From: an uncultured Planctomycetota bacterium
GTDB taxonomy: Bacteria; Planctomycetota; Planctomycetia; Isosphaerales; Isosphaeraceae
Assembly (NCBI GenBank): GCA_963823665.1
Contig: CAWGMQ010000008.1
Coordinates: 896,001 to 960,000 of the forward strand
Direction: 5' to 3'
Length of the DNA: 64,000 bases
The position numbers and the translations under genes are program-made. The notes under the pieces were generated by a model. It did not search any database and was not told where the DNA came from. It was given only the letters and a program-made list of their open reading frames with translations. Every line of letters begins with the position of its first letter. Within the stretch, counting starts at the first letter, position 1. Shown piece after piece: positions 19,479-28,839 of the stretch.

Positions 19479-19736
19479 CTCGCCCTGATTCCTTTCGGTA
19501 ACTGGCGCAGCCATTGCCGAGAGCGCTCGCCCGTCCCGAGCTGATCTTGGCGCGTCCATAGGAATCATTCCCGCTTGATGCAGCGCTAGAGTGCGCCCGA
19601 TCGGCGCAATATCCCGCGGGCTCGCCACGGCGCGCTGCGAATCGAGCAAGTTCGCACTGCGCACGGGGATCGCGCACTTAATGGTTCATCCCAGTATCCA
19701 CGAAGTTCATACAACTCATTCGAGGAGAAACTAGCC

Positions 19737-20675
19737 ATGAGAAGTCATCGCTCCGGTTTTACGTTGATCGAGCTCTTGGTGGTGATCGCAATCATCGCCG
19801 TCTTGATTGCCCTCTTGCTGCCTGCCGTGCAATCGGCGCGTGAGGCGGCCCGCCGTGCCCAGTGCGTGAACAATCTCAAGCAGTTGGGCCTGGCGCTGCA
19901 CAATTATCACGACGTCAACGGTTCCTTGCCAATCATCGCGACCTTCTCACCGCAAACGCGACTGCTTGCGTACATGGAGCAGACCGTGACGTTCAACTGC
20001 ATGAACATGAACCTGTCCTACTCCGACCCCACCAACAGCACTGGGATTGCGACGTCAATCACGACGTTCATATGTCCGTCCGATGCGATGACGAGTGTTC
20101 CCGCCGGCTGGGCGGGGATCAACTACCGAGCGAATCAGGGGACGAGCATCGTGTACGGCACCAATACCGGTGTGGACCTTGGACTGCCGGCGCCGAACGG
20201 GCTCTTTGGCTCGGGCCAGACCATCCGGATCGCCACCATCACCGATGGTACGAGCAACACGGCCGCATTCAGCGAGCATGTCAAAGGAGACTTCAGCAAC
20301 ACGATCTCCACGGAGATGTCCGACACTTACGAGCCCCACACCTACCCGGCGACCCCCGATCAGGCCATACAGATGTGTATGGCAACCGACACCACCAACC
20401 TGGCGAACCAGGGTTACTCGAACGTCGGTGCACCATGGGCCGAAGCCTACCATTCGACGACCCTCTACTACCACTCCGCTCCGCCGAACTCGCGGTCGTG
20501 CATGTTTCCTCCTTCACGGATCATGACGACCGCCAACAGCAAGCACCCCGGTGGCGTCAACGTGCTGCTCGCCGACGGCTCGGTGCGATTCATCAAGTCA
20601 AGCGTTGACCTGGCCACATGGAGGGCGATAGGCACCTCTGCCTATGGCGAGGTCGTGAGCTCCGACGCCTATTGA
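19737..20675 (+). CDS. DUF1559 family prepilin-type (N-methyl-Phe) protein
   Basis: [41 protein letters not shown]-terminal [12 protein letters not shown] (H-X9-DG); GAGGAG RBS. Confidence 0.96.
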   Translation: MRSHRSGFTLIELLVVIAIIAVLIALLLPAVQSAREAARRAQCVNNLKQLGLALHNYHDVNGSLPIIATFSPQTRLLAYMEQTVTFNCMNMNLSYSDPTNSTGIATSITTFICPSDAMTSVPAGWAGINYRANQGTSIVYGTNTGVDLGLPAPNGLFGSGQTIRIATITDGTSNTAAFSEHVKGDFSNTISTEMSDTYEPHTYPATPDQAIQMCMATDTTNLANQGYSNVGAPWAEAYHSTTLYYHSAPPNSRSCMFPPSRIMTTANSKHPGGVNVLLADGSVRFIKSSVDLATWRAIGTSAYGEVVSSDAY

Positions 20676-20693
20676 TGGGGATAAAGACTCACA

Positions 20694-21098
20694 ATGACGA
20701 CCACAACGAATACCTTCCGGGCCGTCAGTCTACTGCTGGTGGGCGTTCTGGCACTTGCATCTGGCTGCGGCGGCACACCCGCGGCCGCTGACGCGGACCA
20801 GGCCCGCCAGACTTTGATTGCCGCACTCGACGCCTGGAAGAGCGGTGAAACTCCCGATGCTCTGGCGGCGCGCTCGCCTGCCATCCACGTTTCCGATACC
20901 GACTGGAACTCGGGCGCCACGCTCACGAGTTACGAGGCTGCCGACTCGGCCCTGCCCGCCGGCTATGACCTGAGCTTCTGCGTCGTCCTGGAGCTGAAAA
21001 CCCCCAAGGGCAAAGTTCCGACAAAGTCCAAAGCCGTCTACGTCGTATCCACGCACCCCAAGGCCCTGGTCCTGCGCCAGGATGCTCCCACACAATAA
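20694..21098 (+). CDS. Putative lipoprotein (DUF1559-associated)
   Basis: Lipobox LASGC; ARQTLIAALDAWKSG motif. Confidence 0.8.
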   Translation: MTTTTNTFRAVSLLLVGVLALASGCGGTPAAADADQARQTLIAALDAWKSGETPDALAARSPAIHVSDTDWNSGATLTSYEAADSALPAGYDLSFCVVLELKTPKGKVPTKSKAVYVVSTHPKALVLRQDAPTQ

Positions 21099-21130
21099 CC
21101 TCCTTCAGCTTTTCTTGAGGCCATGAACCT

Positions 21131-22168
21131 ATGAACTTGAAACACGTTTTTCGCACCGCCCCCGCGCTCGTACTGGCCTTGACCGTTCCGGGCATTGCGC
21201 GAGCCGATGACGCGCCGGCGTCGGAAGTTCCCCAGAAGGTGGCGGCAACCCGGCCCGAGATGAAACAGATCCTCGAAGGCTCGAAGCAGTCGAAGCCGCG
21301 GCTCCCGCTCCCGCCGGCACCGACCGCCCAGGAGCAGGCGAAGGCCCAAGCCCGCGCGGCCGAAAGAGCCAAGACGCAACCCGCCGACAACGAGAAGGCG
21401 AAAACCAAGGGGAGAAGCGGCGGGTTGGGTGGTGGGATCGTCAACAACGGCCGGATGCGGAGCTATTACCTGTCGCCCGAATTGAGTGGCGGTTTTAACC
21501 GCGGCGCAGGAGCAGCAGCGGCTGCCTCTGGGGCCAACGCAGCCGCACCAGGCGGCGCAGGATTCGCACGCGAAGCCGACCCGACGATGTCTTTGAGCGG
21601 GACGTTCAAGACCGAGTTCTTCTGGATCGTCTCCCGTGCCAACAACTGTTACTACTGCCAGGGTCATCAGGAGAGCAAGCTCGCCGCCGACGGCCTGAGT
21701 GAAGACACGATCGCTGCCCTCGACGGCGACTGGTCGGAGTTCACCCCGGCCGAACGCGCCGCGTTTGCCTTCACACTCAAGCTGACCAAAACTCCCCAGT
21801 CGATCACGGACGCCGACATCGCTGCGCTCCGGGCTCACTATAAAGACACGCAGATCCTCGAGATCATCCAGACTGTCGCGGGCAATAATCTCGGACACGC
21901 CCGTAACCGGCTCCGTGAGCTCGGCATGACCGACGACATGATCGCCGCGCTCGTCGCACCAGGCGAGTCGATTCCCGCCGGCGAACGCGCCGCGCTCGCC
22001 CTGGCGAAAAAGTTGACTGTCGATCCGGCGCGGATCACCGATGCCGACATCGCCGCCCTCCGGGCCAACTGGAGCGACTTCGAAACCGCCGAGATCGTCT
22101 TCCAGATCACGGAAGCCGCGTCCTTCGATCGCCTGACCGAGGCCGCCGGCTTGCAGTTGGAACGTTGA
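21131..22168 (+). CDS. Exported AhpD/carboxymuconolactone-decarboxylase-like protein
   Basis: Signal peptide; FWIVSRANNCYYCQGHQE (CxxC-H); DWSEFTPAERAAFAF..KLT..P..ITDADI. Confidence 0.82.
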   Translation: MNLKHVFRTAPALVLALTVPGIARADDAPASEVPQKVAATRPEMKQILEGSKQSKPRLPLPPAPTAQEQAKAQARAAERAKTQPADNEKAKTKGRSGGLGGGIVNNGRMRSYYLSPELSGGFNRGAGAAAAASGANAAAPGGAGFAREADPTMSLSGTFKTEFFWIVSRANNCYYCQGHQESKLAADGLSEDTIAALDGDWSEFTPAERAAFAFTLKLTKTPQSITDADIAALRAHYKDTQILEIIQTVAGNNLGHARNRLRELGMTDDMIAALVAPGESIPAGERAALALAKKLTVDPARITDADIAALRANWSDFETAEIVFQITEAASFDRLTEAAGLQLER

Positions 22169-22271
22169 AAGCTCTGAACGTGCTGTCGCTCGATCTCAAT
22201 CCGAACGTGTCGGTCGTCAACCCGACTTGCGTGGCGACCGACACCGTGAATTCTTGAAAGGAAACCGATCG

Positions 22272-23711
22272 ATGCAATCGCTCTCGACACTGATGTTCAT
22301 TCTGATGACGGCGCCGGCACAGACCGCCGCGAAGGAGGAGCCGGCATCTGCGCCGCGGCCGATCCCACTCACCCGGCCTGAGATGAAACAACTGATCGAA
22401 GACATGAAAGTTCGCAAGCCGCGGATTCCGCTTCCCGAGCTGACGGAAGAGGAAAAGGCGAAGCTCGGGGAGCGCGGCGGGGGCTACGAGTCTCGTCTGC
22501 GCCTCCACTACATGCCAACTGGTGAGGCCAGAGGCGGCGCCGGCCCAGGCGCAGGCGCAGCAGGCGGCCGTGCCCGCGCGGCAGGGGGAGGCGGCGCCTT
22601 AGCAGGCGGCCGTGAGCAAGAACCGAACATGTCCCTCGACTATGCGTTCAAGACCGAGTTGTTCTGGATCGCCTCCCGATCCAACAACTGCCAGTATTGC
22701 CTGGGCCATCAGGAGTCCAAGCTATTGAACGCCGGACTCAAGGAAGACGAGATCGCGGCGCTCGATGGCGACTGGTCCGAGTTCACACCCGCTCAGCGGG
22801 CCGCGTTTGCGCTGGCTCGCCGGCTGACTTATGAGCCGAACCTTCTCAACGACGCCGACATCGAGCAGGTCCGCAAGCACTATACCGACTTGCAGATCCT
22901 CGAGATGGTGCTCTCAGTCGCCGGCAACAACTCGATCAACCGTTGGAAAGAAGGCGTCGGAGTACCGCAATCTGCCGGCGGCGGCGGTGGCATCGGCCGC
23001 ACCGCCGGCGCTGGTGAAGCACCGGCGAAGACACACTCCTACTTGACCCCGACCTCTGAGAAATTCAAGGACAAGATCAGCAAGGTTGCGGCAGTGACGG
23101 TCGACGCGGCGACTGGGCAGCCAACTCGCGCGACAATCTGCAGCCGCCCACCGCTGGAATCGCGTGCAGACGTGGAGAAGGCGCTCGCGCAGTGCCAGCG
23201 ACGGTCACCTCGATTGCCGCTCGTGGACGATGCCAAGGCTCGGGAACTGGTGTCCGAGAACTGGCCGCCGGGGCCACTGCCGCAGTGGGTTCGGCTGCTG
23301 GCGAACTTCCCGCGCAGTGGTCTGAGCCGAATCAACGGGTTCCGTTCGAGCGTGGAGAAAGGTGACCTGACGCCCCTGCTCAAGGCCCGAGCAAGCTGGA
23401 TCATCGCACGACAGGACCGCGCCTGGTACGCAACCGGCCTTGCCAGGAAGCGTCTCCGTGAGCTCGGTTGTTCGGACGATGAGATCTACAAGCTGGACGG
23501 CGACTGGTCCGAGTTCAAGCCCGCCGAAGCCGCGCTGTTCACGGTTGCCCGCAAGCTGGCTGCCTCCCCCGTCGTCCTCACGGATGACGACGTGGCAACG
23601 GCTGTGAAGCTCGCCGGACCGCGCGACGTCGTGCAATTGATCAGCTTTACGACCAACTGCGCATCCTTCGATCGCATCACCGAGGCGGCCGGTCTCCAGT
23701 TGGAAGAGTGA
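22272..23711 (+). CDS. AhpD/CMD-like protein, two-domain paralog of the preceding gene
   Basis: FWIASRSNNCQYCLGHQE; two DGDWSEF repeats; shares the C-terminus FDR.TEAAGLQLE with the paralog. Confidence 0.82.
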   Translation: MQSLSTLMFILMTAPAQTAAKEEPASAPRPIPLTRPEMKQLIEDMKVRKPRIPLPELTEEEKAKLGERGGGYESRLRLHYMPTGEARGGAGPGAGAAGGRARAAGGGGALAGGREQEPNMSLDYAFKTELFWIASRSNNCQYCLGHQESKLLNAGLKEDEIAALDGDWSEFTPAQRAAFALARRLTYEPNLLNDADIEQVRKHYTDLQILEMVLSVAGNNSINRWKEGVGVPQSAGGGGGIGRTAGAGEAPAKTHSYLTPTSEKFKDKISKVAAVTVDAATGQPTRATICSRPPLESRADVEKALAQCQRRSPRLPLVDDAKARELVSENWPPGPLPQWVRLLANFPRSGLSRINGFRSSVEKGDLTPLLKARASWIIARQDRAWYATGLARKRLRELGCSDDEIYKLDGDWSEFKPAEAALFTVARKLAASPVVLTDDDVATAVKLAGPRDVVQLISFTTNCASFDRITEAAGLQLEE

Positions 23712-24163
23712 CGACTCATTCGACACCGAGATCGCCGAGCTGATTCACGATGTGAATAACGACGTCTTTCTTGATCTCTTGAGCGAGACAGCCGCCTTAC
23801 CGCTCGATTGCGGCTCGAGTGGAGCGGTTACACCTCGCTAGAGCAGTGAGTGACCGCTGCCGCTGCCTGTTCGATCGCAACCCCGGGGCTGGCCGTCCAG
23901 CCCCGGCTGGTTGATCCGGGGCATGTCACTTGCGGACGGATCATTGCCCATGCGCGAGACACACGACTCTTCGAGACGACGATTAGCCCATTTTCTGGCC
24001 GTTCGGATCAAGCGATTGCGAGACGAGGCGAAAGCCAGCCTGGAAATAAGCGAGGGCTCCAGTTCGACCTCCTCACCCTGCTCGGAGATTAGCCAACCGT
24101 CTGCAGCCGATCATGGTGTGCGCCCGGGCCGGCCGGTGTCGTCCCTCGACCCACGCTCGCGCG

Positions 24164-24668
24164 TCAACAATGTCTGAGGTTGATACTCATCCCGCTATCG
24201 GGAACCACTTCTTCCACAACTCGTGGCATATCCCACTTCCCGAATCGGCGGAAGGATTCCTCGACGACGGCGCGGTAGCTCGGCGGAACTGGCACTGCGT
24301 GCCTCAAATGGGAACAGCCACCGTCGACGGCGATCACCACCGTGTTCGGTAAATAGCGATTCCACCGGCAGGATCCAATGTTCTTCCACGACACGAACTG
24401 ACCGTCGAGTGCGATTCCCGACGGAAAGATCGTCAGCGCCGGTTTCTCGCGCTGCCGGCCTTTCAACCCGCGCTTCAATGCTCTTCACACAGATGCTCCA
24501 ACCGCCCAAACGAGCGATTGGACTGTCGTGTTGATGAGTATAAAGTAATTTCCCTGTGGCACAAAATTGTGTGTGAGCAAGTCAACGAGATAAACAGCAA
24601 AGGCAGCGGCGTACGCGATGACCGGAATCGCGACGAGGGCGATCATGCATAGCCTCTGCCCTCGCGGT
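24164..24668 (-). pseudogene. 5'-truncated, frameshifted membrane protein; third paralog of 25528-26592
   Basis: PRGQRLCMIALVAIPVIAYAAAFAVYLVDLL..., then after a frame change KPALTIF...WKNIGSCRWNRY...VPVP...VEESFRRFGKWD. Confidence 0.6.
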
Positions 24669-24669
24669 A

Positions 24670-25239
24670 GTCATCCCAGAAGTTCTGGTTCTGTTCCTTC
24701 ATCCCAAGGGAAATGTGCCCGCCGCCGGCTCGGCGGAGCTGAGCAGTCGAATAGGTCTGACGAAATGGGTGACCTCTTGGAAAGCCGTCAAGCTCTGGGA
24801 ACTCCCTGCCGACGAATTGCTGGCGGCGCGTGATGTCGGCCTCATCCCCTGGGTACCGCTCGCTCAATTCAACGGGCCGCCCGAACCGATCATGCGCGAG
24901 TGCCGCGAGCGCATCGATCGCGACGCACCGCCCAACGAGCACGAAAACATGCTGGCTGTGACCCAGTTGCTGGCCGGATTGCGGTATAATGACCCGAAGT
25001 TGTTCCAAATCTTGGGAGGTCGCAACGCCATGATCGAGTCTCCGTTACTCCAAGAGCTCATCGCCGAGCGCACGCGCGAAACGTTGATCACTTTCCTGGT
25101 CGCCCGCTTCGGCTCAAAGGCCACGTCGCTGGAAACCGAGCTCCAGGCCATCAGCGACGAATCACGTTTGCAGGAGCTCGTCAAATACGCCGCCACCTGC
25201 CGCAGCCTCGGCTCGTTCCGCAAGCACCTTTCGCCGTGA
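24670..25239 (+). pseudogene. 5'-truncated Rpn/YhgA-like (PD-(D/E)XK-related) gene; its C-terminal tail has its own RBS and ATG (25030)
   Basis: IPEVLVLFLHPKG...VKLWELPADELL..RDVGLIPWVPL...LGGRNA-MIESPLLQEL. In-frame stop at 24619 with no start before the homology begins. GGAGG at 25015-25019. Confidence 0.6.
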
Positions 25240-25258
25240 TCTCGCAGGGCCCAGACCA

Positions 25259-25480
25259 ATGATCGAATCTCCGTTGATCCAGGAACTTATCGCCGAACGG
25301 ACGCGTGAAACGACGATCGCGAACATCATGACGGTGTTGATCGCCGGCTTCGGCACCAACGCCGAGAAGATCGAGAGCGAGCTCAAGGCCATCAATGACG
25401 AAGCGCGATTGAAGGGTCCGATCAAACACGCTGTGACCGCCCGAACCCTCAGCTCGTTCCGCAAGCAGCTCGCATCCTGA
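25259..25480 (+). CDS. Stand-alone duplicate of the Rpn-like C-terminal tail (73 aa)
   Basis: MIESPLIQELIAERTRET...FG...ESELKAINDEARL...RTLSSFRKQL aligns with 25030-25239. Confidence 0.75.
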   Translation: MIESPLIQELIAERTRETTIANIMTVLIAGFGTNAEKIESELKAINDEARLKGPIKHAVTARTLSSFRKQLAS

Positions 25481-25527
25481 CTCCGCAGGTCGCACGGCCA
25501 TGCTCGGCCCGCCGCACGGAAGAGCAT

Positions 25528-26077
25528 TCATGCCCCCAGCTTGATATCCGCATCGCTTTCCTGACCCACCGCCTCGCTACGGACGGGCCGATCCCATTTA
25601 CTGAACGCGCTGAAGATCTCCTCAATCTCCGCGCCGGTCATCCGGAATGGGCACGGACATCCGCCCGTAGGTACCGTTGCGAGCAACCTGAATCACAAGA
25701 GTCCGGCGCAAATAGGCACTCCAGTGGCAGGAGCGTATGCCCTCCCAAGGCAACCAATTGCCGTTCACAATGATTCGGTCCGAAAAGATAGAAACACTCG
25801 GTTTCCACAACACCCTCCACTTTTCCCGCTCGAACTTGACCCCGAAAAAAATCCAAATCGGACAGCACACAAGGGCGAAGTAGCAGATGCGCCTTTGGGC
25901 AGGCGACAAGTCGTTCATGAAGAAGCTGTAAATCATCATGCCGTACGAAACCACGAGCGGAAGCCAAACCATCAATAGCGAATAGGCGATCGCGGTGCCG
26001 AAATACCACTGCGGAGGCCATATGGCAACTACCGCGTCCCGCGCGTCGTCCTTTTCGCTTTCGGTGATCGACACCAT
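25528..26077 (-). CDS. Two-TM membrane protein, paralog 2; frameshift near 25630
   Basis: KPSVSIF...WEGIRSCHWSAY...SVPIP, continuing in another frame as EIEEIFSAFSKWD... to TGA at 25528. Confidence 0.65.
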
Positions 26078-26103
26078 CGACCCACCTCCGTAAACTCCAG
26101 CGT

Positions 26104-26592
26104 TCAATCCAGGCACGATCCCACGTCCCACTTACCTATCCGACGAAGTGCCTCCTCCACGTCCGCCCGTTGTCCCTCCGGCACTAGCACCGAATGCAAG
26201 GCGTGTGACTGCCCCACATCGATCGCAACCATCAGCTCGCCCGGCGAATAACGATTCCAGTGGCACGACCCGATGCTCGCCCACGGCATTGCTTGCCCGC
26301 TCAGCTCAAGTCGAGATTTGAAGATCGCAAGCGCTGGTTTGCAAATGTAAATGAGCCCGAACGTGTCGATCAAAAGGTTGAGCAAGATGGTCATGATCAG
26401 GAAAGGACTGTAGTCGACTGCATCCGGTAAGCCGAGCCTGAGCAAATCCCTCACGCACACAAGCAACGCGCCCGCGTAGAAGACCTGAAAAATCAGCGAG
26501 AATGCGACCGTCGTCACGATGCGCCCGCGCGGTTGCGCCACGATCACAATCGCATCGCACAACCCATCAATCTCGGCGTCAGCGACAGACAT
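26104..26592 (-). CDS. Two-TM membrane protein, paralog 1
   Basis: Two hydrophobic segments, then KPALAIF...WASIGSCHWNRY...VEEALRRIGKWD. Confidence 0.72.
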   Translation of the reverse strand: MSVADAEIDGLCDAIVIVAQPRGRIVTTVAFSLIFQVFYAGALLVCVRDLLRLGLPDAVDYSPFLIMTILLNLLIDTFGLIYICKPALAIFKSRLELSGQAMPWASIGSCHWNRYSPGELMVAIDVGQSHALHSVLVPEGQRADVEEALRRIGKWDVGSCLD

Positions 26593-26835
26593 GTTCGGCT
26601 GACCTCAACAAACCCGAGCGCTCACTGCACGGCGAGCACACATTCGCCATCGTAGCTCAGTTCCGCCCGAACCACAATCGAAGACGCGCATGGCAAAAAC
26701 CGCCCCCACCTGGATTATTCAGAACCGGCTTGTTATCCTTCAGACAACTCCGGATCCGAAAGATTTCAGACTCACATCCCGGCACGGAGCACCACTCACA
26801 CACCTTCTCACTCAACCGACATCGGAGGCGCGGTC

Positions 26836-28707
26836 ATGTTCTCAGCATTTCTCGTCTGTACCGCATGTCTCGCCTGCGAAAAGCCTGGCTCGGCAACTAC
26901 CGATTCCGAGCCGGTCGCGGGCGCGAATTCCTCGTACCTCCAGGCAAAGTCGCAGTCAGGCCGCAATGCCGACGACCACGTCCGCCTCGCCCTCTGGTGC
27001 GAGGCGCATAAGCTGGAAGCCCTGCGGATCAAACACCTGACGATCGCCATGCTCAAAGACCCGGAGAACGCCACGGCCCGCGGCCTCCTCGGCCTGGTTG
27101 CCTTTGGTGGTGGCTGGCACTCCACGGAAGCCATTCGCAACAAGCTCGAATCCAACCAATCCCACACCTCGCTTCGCGCCGAATACGACGCGCTGCGCAT
27201 CCAGTTGGGAACCACCGCTGACGCTCACTGGAAACTCGCCCTTTGGTGCGAAGACCAAGGCCTCAAGGCCGAGGCCAGCGCTCATCTCGTCGCGGTGACG
27301 CAGCTTGATCCCGGCCGCGACGCAGCCTGGAAGCGCCTGGGATTCAAACGGCAATCCGGCCGCTGGCTTACCGACGGACAGCTCGCCGCCGAGAAGGCCG
27401 AAGCCGAAGCCCAGAGAAAAGCCGACAAGCACTGGATGACGGCGCTCACGCGATTACGCGATAGCCTCGCCAACGACACAAAACGAGCGGAGTCGCTCCA
27501 ATCCCTCGGCGAGATCTCTGATCCGCGTGCGGTCCCCGCGGTGTGGGTCGTCTTCGCCGTCGCCAGACCGCCCCTTCAAAAGATCGCCGTTCAGCTCTTC
27601 GGCCAGATCGATTCCGCCGCGGCAACGCGCGCACTCTCGATCCTGGCAGTCGCGAGCACTTCGGGCGAGGTGCGAAGCATCGCCACTCAAACGCTCCGTC
27701 TCCGCGACCCGCGCGACGCGGCCTCCGTGCTCGTCGCACTGCTGGCCGAGCCCGTGCTCGATACCGATCCGATCCTCTATCACTATTTCGTTCAACCCGT
27801 CGGCGCTCTCGCCATCGGCTCGCCGGGCGTGCTCGTCGTTCGTGGCCCTCGCTACGACCTGCTCAGGTACTACACAGTCGACGATTCGTTCAGCCTCCTT
27901 TCTTCTGGCATGGAGGTCGCATCGCCCGCAGCCGGGTATCCACTGGCCGTGTGGAACCAGACGAAGCGACAGGCAATGGACCTCGCAGCCGCCGTCCAGC
28001 AAATCCTGCACGAGTCCGAACCCGACGTCACGGCCGCCAGACTCCAGTCAATCCAGGTTGGCGAATTCAACGCCCGGGTCGTGCAGGTGCTGGGCGCGGC
28101 GATCGGCAAAGACCTGGGTATCGATCGCGAAGCCGCCAGAAAGTGGTGGACCGAGGAACAAGGCTACGCCTACGAGAAGAAGGCGCGCCCACAGAGGCAG
28201 GATTGGACTTTCAGCGAAGACAAGCCCACTTACATCGACTCCGTTCACTCGTCCTGCTTCGCCGCCGGCACGCCGGTGATGACGCAGAGCGGCCCCAGGC
28301 CGATCGAGTCGCTCAAGATCGGCGACCAGGTCCTCTCCCAGGATACCGGCACGGGCACGCTCAGCTTTGAGCCGGTCGTCGCGGCCCTTCACAACCAGCC
28401 GGCGATGGTATTCCACATCGAGTTAGGTCAAGATGTGATCAAGGCAACGGACATTCACCGCTTCTGGAAAGCGGGCACCGGCTGGGTGATGGCTCGAGAC
28501 CTGAAGCCCGGCGATCGCCTGCGGGCCATCGGCGGCGTGGCGGAAGTCACCGCCGTCGCCATGGGTCGCGTTCAGCCCGTCTTCAACCTCAAGGTGAAGG
28601 ACGCCCAGACCTACTTCGCCGGCGGGCCAAATCTGCTGGTCCACGACAGCAGCTTGGTCGAGCCGGTCTACTCCCCGTTCGACGCCGTCCCCCAGCTAGC
28701 CCCGTAG
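26836..28707 (+). CDS. Exported helical-repeat protein with C-terminal Hint (intein-like) domain
   Basis: Repeated H..LALWCE motif and HEAT-like region; Hint blocks SCFAAGTPV...IESLKIGDQVLS, ATDIHRFW...ARDLKPGD, VFNLKV...YF...LLVHD. Confidence 0.88.
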   Translation: MFSAFLVCTACLACEKPGSATTDSEPVAGANSSYLQAKSQSGRNADDHVRLALWCEAHKLEALRIKHLTIAMLKDPENATARGLLGLVAFGGGWHSTEAIRNKLESNQSHTSLRAEYDALRIQLGTTADAHWKLALWCEDQGLKAEASAHLVAVTQLDPGRDAAWKRLGFKRQSGRWLTDGQLAAEKAEAEAQRKADKHWMTALTRLRDSLANDTKRAESLQSLGEISDPRAVPAVWVVFAVARPPLQKIAVQLFGQIDSAAATRALSILAVASTSGEVRSIATQTLRLRDPRDAASVLVALLAEPVLDTDPILYHYFVQPVGALAIGSPGVLVVRGPRYDLLRYYTVDDSFSLLSSGMEVASPAAGYPLAVWNQTKRQAMDLAAAVQQILHESEPDVTAARLQSIQVGEFNARVVQVLGAAIGKDLGIDREAARKWWTEEQGYAYEKKARPQRQDWTFSEDKPTYIDSVHSSCFAAGTPVMTQSGPRPIESLKIGDQVLSQDTGTGTLSFEPVVAALHNQPAMVFHIELGQDVIKATDIHRFWKAGTGWVMARDLKPGDRLRAIGGVAEVTAVAMGRVQPVFNLKVKDAQTYFAGGPNLLVHDSSLVEPVYSPFDAVPQLAP

Positions 28708-28810
28708 CAGGCACACTCCGTGTGCCGTCCGCTCTTCCGCCGTAGCAGGCACACTCCGTGTGCCGTCCGCTCTTCCGCCGTAGCGGGCACACCGAATGTG
28801 CGCCTGCCGC
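28702..28810 (+). repeat. Tandem GTAG-type REP-like repeats (two identical 38-bp units plus one degenerate)
   Basis: ccGTAGcaGGCACActccgTGTGCCgtccgctcttccg at 28702 and 28740; variant at 28778. Confidence 0.85.
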
Positions 28811-28839
28811 ATCCCGAGGTCGACTACCCAGCGTCGGGC

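Noticed and set aside
21640..22710. Selenocysteine in the AhpD-like CxxC motifs
   Set aside because: All four positions are TGT/TGC codons; there is no in-frame TGA.
23850..24177. Short ORFs after the AhpD operon
   Set aside because: No RBS, motif or paralog support, so they cannot be called.
28702..28810. 38-bp repeats as a CRISPR array
   Set aside because: The units are directly adjacent with no unique spacers, and there are no cas genes.
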